64,000 nt of DNA, taken from contig DF237160.1 in assembly GCA_000708835.1 (NCBI GenBank), forward strand, positions 77,264 to 141,263. The letters are read 5' to 3'. The stretch comes from Klebsormidium nitens. Taxonomy: Eukaryota > Plantae > Klebsormidiophyceae. The position numbers and the translations under genes are program-made. How positions within the stretch are numbered: position 1 is the first letter of the stretch; each line of letters begins with the position of its first letter. This document shows positions 47,584 to 58,000 of the stretch, piece after piece. The notes below the pieces were generated by a model. That model made no database searches and was not told the origin of the DNA. It saw only the letters and a program-made list of their open reading frames with translations.

Positions 47584-48668
47584 TGATTCTTGTTCATGAG
47601 CGGCTGACACTGCTTGGTCAAACTTCTGACGAGGTCTCCCGAATCGAGGGAAGGTCCATACGTTTCCGTTCTTTGCTCGCTATTTGTTGGCCAAGCATCC
47701 ACCCAACTTCTCGTGTGACCGGTATTGGAACTGTCGCCACTGCCTCCTCTCCTGCGTTTCGCCTTTGTTAAGCATTCACACGGATATCTTTCAAAACTAT
47801 GCAGAGCCCTTGGACTTATGTGCCTTAACATCGGAGGGAAAGCATCTTTACGTCAATGAAGCTTCGTGTAATGATGCATGAGCCCGCATCCACTTTGTAC
47901 CAAAATCCGCATCATGTAGCATACTGCACTTGAACCTGTTGGAATCATATATGCCACGCATATGCCAAGACATATGCGTCCAAATTATATGAATGAGCTT
48001 GGCTTTAATTCTGGCCGGCATGATAGCTATAATGCTATTGAATCAACCATGAGAGCTGTTTCGTACTGAAGCATGGCACGAAGACAGAACAAGTGGCGTG
48101 ACAATTGTTCCTCAGACAGAACGATCAGTTTTGCTGTATCTTGGGGACTGCAATTAATTTGTGGTGAGAATGCTTCCGGCTCTGCCATTCGATCATATCG
48201 TATGGCACATGATATAATTCAAGTTAGGTAGCTCCACCTTAAGCAGCATCACTGCAATGCTGGATGCATGAGAAATCGAAGTCTGGAGCATGAAGCAAAA
48301 TAGGTTCCCGTCCGGCTATAGCTTCGTACAGAAATATGTAGCTGGCTACATATACGTCGTCATTGGGACGTACCATGGAAAAGCTCTAGGCAAACTACTC
48401 AGTAGTGACTAAGGCCGGACGAATTGAGAATATGTGGAAGCGCAACAGTGTATACGTGGCAGCCTTTGAGAAGACAATCTGTTAGTGTTGCACTATGAAG
48501 CCGCTATTGAGCCGGCCCGTTTTATATCACTGTGCGATCAGACATTCTGCATAAATTGTTATGTTTCAATGTCAAGCAACGAGATATTTAAAGCAAGCAC
48601 AACACATGCTTTGACTTCGATTGGACACCACAAGCTGCTTTCAGGGATTCCCTCGGCCCGAAAGGTGG

Positions 48669-49634
48669 TTACTTTTCGGGTCCTTTAACGTCAGCCTTTT
48701 TCTTCTTCTTGGGCTCTGAGGCTGTTGAGTTGCCTTTTACAAACTTAAGCTGGCCGCCTTCTTTTAAGGCTTTGGTGGCTACTTTGACTTCGTTTGCTTT
48801 ATCAATGTACTTTGTCACTTCCTGCAAAGATATGTAAGGACTTCAAGACTAGTCACGCAGATTCAGAAAGCCAGGACTGAGGTTCTTAGGAGCAACACCA
48901 CTGAATGACATATTGGCAATCTGTTCCGGATACGCTGGTGATGATGATTGCATAACCTTCATAGATAGGTACTCTGAATCAGACCTCAGTCCTTTTTACC
49001 ATGACACCAACTGCCAAGCGATTCAAACAGAAGCATCGCAGCATTTTCTGATGCCAAGAAGGACAGAATTCAGCTCACATTGCTAGCAAGGTAGTCGTCG
49101 GTTTTTTTCTTTGGGGCTTTGAAAATCCTCCCTGCGAGTTCGAAGGACAGGTAGATTTGCTGTCACTGTTACAGACACTGTCAGGGATTTCTGAGCTGAA
49201 AGAAGAAGCTGACTGATGCCCTGACATTCACGCACATCCAATATTCCAGTGTAAACTGCTCTTGCATACCTGTCCAGCACACCCTGACCCCATTCACTGA
49301 CCGTGCCCAATACTTAGCACTTGACTCTTAAGAAGGGACCATATTGCCCAACAACCATCCGGAATCATGTCACTCTTTAGCATGTTATTTTGCAAGATGG
49401 AAACCGTGAAAGATGTGAATTACTAACCCAAGGCAGCTCTTCCAACCAGCTCTGAATTGGTGCACTTTTTGTGAACATCCCACAAAGCCATGGCGTGGTT
49501 ACAATATAGCTAAAAGGGAGCTGGAAGTTGCGAAAGAAGGACGTACCTTTTCTTTGCGTCACCAATTTGCCATGCCTGTTGGCCGCCGCTTTCTTATCTT
49601 TAGCTTTGCCTTTGAACAGATTCTTCTGCACCAT
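48669..49634 (-). CDS. Small basic protein, UPF0390/DUF2462 (C19orf53/Leydig cell tumour 10 kDa-like), 3 exons
   Basis: Spliced product MVQKNLFKGKAKDKKAAANRHGKLVTQRK-GRIFKAPKKKTDDYLASN-EVTKYIDKANEVKVATKALKEGGQLKFVK...GPEK*. Intron phases are consistent (exons 49634-49546, about 49130-49078, about 48821-48669). Confidence 0.8.
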
Positions 49635-50622
49635 TTTTGCCACTGCTTATTACAGGCGGTCAGCGCAGCGCGACAGTCCTCACCGTTGTTTGATTCTTTG
49701 TTTCCTGGCTCTTGTGTGATTGCAGATGTCCTCTGCACTAAGTCCTGATTGCTTGTGAGTAGGTAAGCCTCAGTTGGACCGCCAAGTGAGTGCTAAGGCA
49801 ACACCACCGCGCATCTGGCAGTCTGCTGATACCAGCTCGCCGCCTCAGGTTTTCCAGTCGCGTTCAAAGAATTGTGCTTTTCAACGTCCTACATTTAATG
49901 CAGCTGAAAAGGGAGGACAGCTGGTGGTGCAGAAAGGGAAGGCCACTTCCACTTCCAGGTCAAGAACACAGGAGCTGTGCAGATGCAGGCGGACAGGCGT
50001 TCAGAAAGCATGCACTGGGAGAGTGCATGCTTTAATTGAAATTTGCCCAGGAAAATCAGGAAAAATTTTGATGGAGGAAAGAGACGGCTTCGGGAACGGT
50101 TGTGGTCAGCAGAAGACGCTCCCGGTAAAGGTACAAAGTGCCGCTTCCTTTGACGATCCGGCCGCAGCGGCGCATTTAGAAATTACGGTAGAACCCACCA
50201 ACACTGCCAACTGTGAACACTGACACTGACAGTCTTAAATACACGCATTTAATAGGCTCGTTGCGACCTGAGTTGTGACACTGTTCAGTTTCCAAATTCC
50301 CTCCCAGGGCCATTGCCAATTCGTCAGAGGGGGAAGGACAGAGCGTGGCGCACAGAAGAGTGTATCACTGTGAGGTGTTGACGAATATGCAAACCGCACA
50401 TGAGGTGTTTCATGGCGGCTCCAGTAGGGAGTTATTTGGTGCTAGAGCCTCTTGAGCTAAGGATGATTGCTTGGAAGTCAACTTAAAAACGAATGTCCCA
50501 TCATTCTGTTATATTGTGCAATCCAGGGGGCGCCGGTCCCTTTTCTTTGCGAGGCGATCCCTCATGTTCAGTCTGGCTCCTGGGATTGGAGGTTCTGGAC
50601 TCACCACTCTGCTGACGTAAGC

Positions 50623-53600
50623 ATGGTGGGAATCGAGGAACCTGCGGAAGAGTCCAAGCCGGTTAGGCTGGGCTCGCTGGCAAAGCCCGAGCCAGGTGTG
50701 AAAAGGCTTGGCAAGTTGACAAAAGTTGGTGATCTCATCAAACCGGTGGTCAAGCAGGAGGCGCTACCTGATGGGGGGGTGCCGGCGTTGGGCGTCACCC
50801 GCGGGGGAGTCAAGAAGGTTCGCATTCTCGGCGGTTTCGTACCTGGTTTTGTTGGATGATTTTGCGAGACAGCAGACGTGTTTTGTGAGTCGTTGCATTG
50901 TGAGTGCGAAGCAGTCGCGTCAATGAAGGGGCGCACAACCTTTTGAGCAGGGCTTTTGCGGAGTATATGTTTTTGATGGAAAGCGAGTGAACCTGCAAAC
51001 CGCTATCAGCCGTTAGCTAATTGCGTAAGCAGCAACCTGGGTTTTGGACAGGGTAAGTGCCAGGGTTGCTGAGGATTGGCTGGTCAGATGCTCTGCCACC
51101 CTTAGTCGGTGCGCCTTAGCATTGCAAAATCCAAGTACAAGTACTTTAAGCTTTCTGAGCAATTGTCAGCAGCAGGTACAGGAAACACACGCGCAGTCCC
51201 TCATTGTATCAGCGCATCGGGAGGCGCAGACCTGGAAATTTCATTCCTCGTATCGTATCAGCTCCGCTGAGTCAGCCAACACTCGCATACTCCCATCGGT
51301 GCATCATTCTTGCTGGGCAATCCGAGGCACAGTCAATCCAAATTTTCCAGTTGACGTGATCACATCTGCTGAGGCTTGGCTCAGCATTGCATTTTCGAGT
51401 TCAGTTTGTATGTGCAAATTTTTCTCAGGCTTGCTTTGCAGGCATTGGAGAAGCTTTCGTGGAGTACTTTCATTCACGTTTTTGACTCGGGTATATTGTT
51501 TTTGCAGACAAAGTTTGAACCGAAAATCCCGCAGAGGCGTGCAAAGAAGGCCCCTGAGTGAGTCATTGACCTGTGGTTCATCACTGAGTAAATGCATCAA
51601 GCAATTTGAATCATGTCGTTACGGATGCATTGCCAATTACTAGGGGAGAGGCGGTGTTGATACTGGAGCTCTAGTGCCCCTTGTTGGAGGAGTTGGGCTA
51701 GTGTGCCCCATCTCAATCCGTCGTAAGATTGTGCTAAATGAACATAATCAAGCAATGTTTTTGGAGCATGTAAAGAGCTGGATGTCTACACATGAACTTC
51801 TGCATCAATCTGTTGGCTTCTAGAATGAACCTTCCGTTGCTGCCAAGTTTACAGGTCAACTTAGATGATTTGACGTCTCGAGCAACGACGCAGGAAAGGC
51901 GCACTCCTAAAGTACAGTGGTTGTAGTGTTTCCAATTCAAATAGTCTGTCTGTTTCGCTCGGAGCAGGGCGACAGCCGCAGACAGTGCAGCTGCAGCGGA
52001 GGAAGAGTGGACGCCACAGGGGAGCGACAACCCAAACCTGCACCAGCGACGCCCGGGGGCGTTCCAGACCAAAGGCAGGTTCAGACGGTTGCTCACACAA
52101 ATACCTATGTGTTTGCTGTCAGTGCTGGAAGAAGGGTCCGCCGGATTCGTTTCCCACTTGTTTGGCATGCCTGCAGCCAGTCGAATCATTAGCTTGTGCT
52201 TTTCTTTCAGAAGGCCATATAGATATGCAAACCTCTAGTAGTGGCGATTCTCTCGCTCCTTTTTGCATGCCCCTGTTCAAGAAGCATACATCGTCGAGAG
52301 TATAACCTCTGGGTTTAAATCGGTTCGAACTTTCCAAAGTGGACTGTGCCTGAGAGAAAGGTGCTGCGCTGCATTGCTTCCTTTGCGAGCGGGGACTCCC
52401 AACAACCGAAGCTGGCGCCATTCGTCAATTTCACGAATTAAATCTTATCGCTGGTTGCATGCTTGGGAAACTCCACAAATGCCGGTTCCTTGTGCACTGC
52501 CTCACTTTGTCATTGGCTAAAATCCCCGGGTTTGGCATACATGCTGGCAAAGTTCACAAGCAAAATCCGAAGGTGTAATCCAACGGGGAACCGGGGACTG
52601 ATATTTGTCGCAAGCCTGCATTGGTTGTTCAAGGTTCCTCACAAAGACTGAGCTTTTGAGAATATTTTCAGGATGCATCTTCGAAGCTCGCCCCTTACTC
52701 CTTGGAAGGTTACCCCTTGCTTATGCAAACCCGTATTTGGCTCGAGCTTGGATTTCCTTTTGGTCAAGGTCAAACTCTCGCAGCTCGAGTCGCCTTCGGG
52801 GCCGCAATTCGCTCTCAAGAGGTCTCACAGAGACTGAGCACATGACGAGTTGAAAATGATGCCACTCTTGCATTTCGAACAATATCAAATCCATGTTTTG
52901 ACTGAACTCGGTTCCTCCTTTTTGTCAGGTCAAGCTCCCGCCGCTCGAGTCGCCTTTGGCGCGGGCGCAATCAGCTCCATTCGTTTGTCCGGGGGGGATG
53001 GCCGGGGCAGCGCTGGAGGGGGTGGTTCCAAGGGCGCTGGAAGTGGCCGAAACGCCAAGTCGCAGGGCATGGAAATAATGATGGAGGAAGATAAGGAGAA
53101 GGTCAAGAAGGCCAAGCACAGGCCGAGACTGGTGAGCTCTCGCGGGGTGACTCTGTGAGGCGAATCCCGGCCAAGGCCTTTGGTGAAAGCCGCTTGGTTT
53201 CGGCTGGAGTGGATTATTTTCTTGCTGCCTTTGGTACTGTATTCCTCACTTGTCCGGACTCCTTTCCTTGAGTTTATTAAGACGGGATTCGTACATAGCT
53301 GGACAGCGTTCAGCTAAAATCTGGTCGGGGTGATATCGCAAAAGTTATGACCGTGCTGTGCTACGTAGTACTGAAAACGAAGCTGCAAAAGCTTCCAAAA
53401 CGCGTTTCTTGGTCCTCTCCGAACGCCTTGCTTAAAGCGTTCGTTACTCACGATAGACGGCTATGCCTCCTCGGCGATGTCTTTTGACCTCCTTTTACCT
53501 CCCTAAACCTGCTGCGAAGAAGGAAATGCGAGTTCTGATAACATCAGCTCCTGTCACCAGCTCCAATCCCCTTAGTCCGCTTCTTCTGAGCGAACGAGCA

Positions 53601-54212
53601 TTGTCGAGGTCTGCGAGCCACGGACGTCAAAAGCCTGACTACGAACTTATTGTGTCCGTACAGGACCTGACGTCATATTACCCCGTCACTCTCCCCACCG
53701 GCCCTGCTCCCGACACCGAGGCTTTCGAGCGGATGGACATCGACGGGGAGGCCGAACCGGGCGCCGATGACGCTGAAAACGAGGCAATCTTGTCCCTGGG
53801 TGACGAAGACCGGATCCCCGCCGCCCGAGAACTAGACTTGGCCAATCCCGGGGACGAAGAGAAACTGCTTTTCTTTCAACTCCCGGCTCACTTACCCGTG
53901 CAAAGCGCGCTCGGTGCAAAAGCGGGTAGTACGGACGATCCAAGCGCGAGCAACCCGGACGATGGAAAGGGGGGCGGGTTAGCCGGCCTGCCAGAGGGGT
54001 ATATGGGCAAGTTAGTAGTGTACAAGAGCGGGAAGGTTAAGCTTAAACTGGGCGACGTTTTGTTAGACGCGGTCCCTGGGGCGAAGTGCAAGTTTTACCA
54101 GGAGGTGGCGGCAGTTGATGTGGGAAGGAAAGAGTGTCATGTGCTGGGCAGTGTGCAGCAGAGGGTTGTTTTGACACCAGATATTGATCACCTACTTTCT
54201 GGCATTGGTTAA
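50623..54212 (+). CDS. RPC4: RNA polymerase III subunit RPC4 (C53)
   Basis: Exons include TKFEPKIPQRRAKK (about 51508-51558), ARVAFGAG (from 52929) and DLTSYYPVTLP (from about 53663), then LLFFQLPAHLP...LPEGYMGKLVVYKSGKVKLKLGDVLLD...GSVQQRVVLTPDID, the RNA_pol_Rpc4 signature. Confidence 0.9.
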
Positions 54213-55048
54213 ACGCACTGAGGACTCTTTTATAAGCTTTTGATGCGAGATCAATCAAGTGCCCTTAGAAGTTATTTGCCAACGAGAAGTTTGCAAGGCT
54301 TTCGGTTTGCTTGACCGTACAGGCTTTGAGGTTCAATTGCTGCAACTCACCGACATGCTCAGCTTTGCTCCGCGCGTGACCATACAAGCTAGCCGACACC
54401 CGTGATGCAGATTATGCCATGATGAACCGTCGTCCAGACTCCAAGCATGAGCACATGCCATGTAAGGATCTACTTAAGCAGTGCTAACTTCAACGGACCA
54501 TCCATAAGCTAGATGAGTTTCATCTGCCTCGATCATGCATGTCGCGCATCATTAAAGCCCGTCCGACTATCAAGTTTCACATGCAGGACGTACGTACCCG
54601 GTATAAGAGTCGCCCATATCCTCTCCTGGATTCTCTTTACATCATGCGGCAGCCCCGGGTCGATTGTCTAAGCAACTTAGAGCGCATGTTGATGGGCCGC
54701 GCGGCCGCCCCTCAGTGTGGGCCTAGAGAATTCTTGGATCCTGCATTACAGGCCCTGCCATGAGCTAGGCAAGCTGAGGACCATGTACACATGGAGGCGG
54801 TGTTATCTTCACCGTCATGAGTGAGACGTACATGTGCACTGCGTCGATTCCGGCCCGCATATGCCACTATGCGAGGGTGGGACGCGGGGGTGAGCGTCAC
54901 ATCCTCACGATCCTAATTGCACTTATTTGCACTGGGTTGGCACCGCAAACGTTGCGCAGAATCAAGGTCCGACGGGCCCGAATGATTGCATCAAGCAATT
55001 TCATCCTATGTGCTTCGCGCTTCCGAGTAATACCTGCACCTGACCCAG

Positions 55049-58000
55049 TCAATTACAAAAGCCCGCCGGGCTACACGTCCGGTGTCTGCACGAGGCCGCA
55101 TCGACCCCGCACTGGAGATGGTTCTTACACCTATGGTCCGGCGAACCGTCCGGAATATGACAAATGCTCTCTACGCCCCCTAAGCTCTTGAAAGTCCGCG
55201 AATCTATCGCCCAGTTTGGACACACCCTTAGGCTCATGTAACTGATCTTATGCTCGTCGAGATTAATTGTCTGACACGTGTCGCACGGGGGCTTAACCAC
55301 GGCGGTTAGCGGTGCCCTTAACGGAACCCGAGAGAAGCCTAGCGGGAGTATGTGCCCCTCGGTCGTGAAAACGAACTGCTTGTTTCGCAGGAAAGGTGGG
55401 GGATGCGGGTCGAACAACAAGTACAGGTACTTGCACGTTTCGGAGAGGAAGTACGAGTGTTGATGGTCTTCCTTTTCTTTCGTAACCGCGCTCCGCAAGC
55501 TGGTGTAACCCCCCGGCACCTTCGTAAACCGATTCAGGTTAGTGAGGATCGTTTTGCCGACCTTGAGATACAAAGGGTCCCGGGTCGCCTGCGAAAAAAA
55601 GGGTCAACGAGTGGTTTAAGTGTGCAGGATTCAACGGAAAGTAAAAGTCTGCCAGTGCAACAAGCGGACGGGCTCAAAAATCTCAGGCATTTCGTGCCCC
55701 GCTCCGATATCCGCAATCGATCTCTCCAGAGCCTTATCGGTTGTTTCTGCTACGGAAATATATTGGGAAAGTACCAGGTTTACTCGAGGCGCTGAAATGA
55801 ACGTGCATAACGATCAAGATCAGAGAGCTTCGACGCGGCTTAAGCAGGTCCAGAACGTCCTGTCTGTAGCCAATCTGCGACAAGGAGAATAGCAATCTGC
55901 AAAGCATCGCCACGACTCTAGACGCCTCTGGTCCATTCTGTCACACCAAAAGGGTCTGCACAGGCGCCTCCCAGAGAAACAACAGCTAGCATATCAAAAG
56001 AGGAATGCAGCACAGCGCGATCCCACAAGAATTGACGTTTCGACGGTGCTCAAGATGAGTCTCCGAGAACGACACCACAGCAACCTATTGGGACCAAAAG
56101 AGCTCACCGTTGCTTTGGGTACAGCAAAGCCGGTTCAATCATCGGAAAGACGAAGGCACCAGATTCAACCGAGAACCCTAAGGGGACAACCCTTGCGTCC
56201 GAAACGGGTAACCAGCAATGCGCGTTCTGTAATTCTGTGTTTCTCGTGCGCAGCAGACTGGTTCTTCAGAAAGAGGGAAAGGATACTGCTCTTGATCGGA
56301 AAGGGACTTGCTGTAGTTCAATTGGCACAACTGAAATATCTTAGTAACCAAAGGACAGGGAATCAGCCGAAAGTCCGGGGACTTGATGCTCCCAGGACAA
56401 CAAGAACAAGTTAGACACAAACAGATCCTCACCTGGTACAGCAGATACGTGCTCTCCGTCAATTCCGGCCGCAGCGGGTAGTAGTTCTCAGGCGCAGCAG
56501 ACTGACGCTTCAAAAAGGAGAAAAAGAGACCGATCTTCCAAGAAACCCAATGCTTTCACAATCAGAAATCAGAAATTAGACACGTGAAGCAAAGAATTTC
56601 ACCTGGTACAGCAGATAAGTGCTCTCCGCCAGTTCCGGCCGCAGCGGGTAGTAGTTTTCGCTGTGGTGCACTGCCTGGCCGTCGTAGTAGTAGCGCTCGG
56701 GGAACACACCGAACGTCTCCCACACCGCAAAGAACTGTCGGTGCGTCCTCCGGGCCTCCTCTACATCCCCCGCCAGGACCTGCGCTGCACCGCCGAGTGC
56801 GGGGGTTTGGGCTTCGAAGGTAATCTGAGATGCCAAATTTTGGGGGTTGACGGGCTCCAAGATTAAGGGGACCACAAAATGGAAGTGTCCTTCGTGAATC
56901 AGATCCAAAAATGAAAGAGCTCTTGGTTTAGAGAAGTAGACAGAGCATGAACAAACAGATCATGAACTCTCATAGATCACAGATACGTGTTATAAGCCTT
57001 ACGCTGAGTGATTTCTGGCGGACTGTTTCAGATAAGCGCTCCTCATTTCGAGCAGAAGAGAAGGGGCCTGAATTGGTGGACCACGAATGTCTCTGTTGAG
57101 AAGGCGAATGCTGGGCGTCGATGATTAAAAGGCGATTCGGGGACTGGGAGCTACCGTATAGTAGCGAAGGGCTTTCAAACACACCAGGAGAAATGTTGAG
57201 GAATAGAGCTCCCGGTGCGGAGGCAATTTGGGAGCTTAGTCAAACCTGACTCGAAGGCTTCAACAGTACAGGGTCGATCTGATTCCAAACATTCGATCAA
57301 GGCCTTAAACTTGAGGGTACGGAAAGTGTTGTCAAAGATGCGGTCAGTATCGCAAGAAGCTCAGCCACGTATAGAAGGGCTTCCAACCCGACAGAGCTAT
57401 CCTTTGGAGGGATGTCGGACTGCCGCCGGCGACAGCAACAACTGGAATGATCGCAGCCAACATACAGAGCCCGGACAAGAATGAACAGTCTTCGCACAGT
57501 CGGAACCGGGAACGCTGTTGGGTGGTCTCGATGTCGGATTCTGGAGCCATGGCGAAATGCCTGAGCCTTTAATGCTTGCCTAGCCGTGGATCTGACGGCT
57601 TCAAACCACCTATGCCTCGGAGACCACAAGGCTTAACCTGTGCAAGTTCCACCCAAACTGTCACTTGAACCGTCAGATTGAGTTTCTCGAGACCATCTGA
57701 AGGTCGGAACCACCTCAGAGGCCCAGCCTCCCGTCACGAATACCTTTCCGAACAGTGTCCTCGGACCCGACGGTGCGGAGACTATTTCTCCTTGTCCCCA
57801 CTCATACGTTCAAACAGGTGCCTGCAATATAAGGAACTGCTCACGGCAGGAAAACTTTGCTAGACTCACCTGTAGCCCTGGCCAGAAGGCCTGCAGCGCC
57901 CCGAACTGACGGTGCGTCGGACGTCCGGTGCGCAAGTCCGCGTCTTGGTACCAATTTCCCGTCCGAAGGAAGCGCTGGGCGGCGAGGTACGCCTTGTGAA

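Noticed and set aside
49774-50223. 149-aa plus-strand ORF between UPF0390 and RPC4
   Set aside because: It lies in a divergent promoter region and has no domain features; probably a chance ORF.
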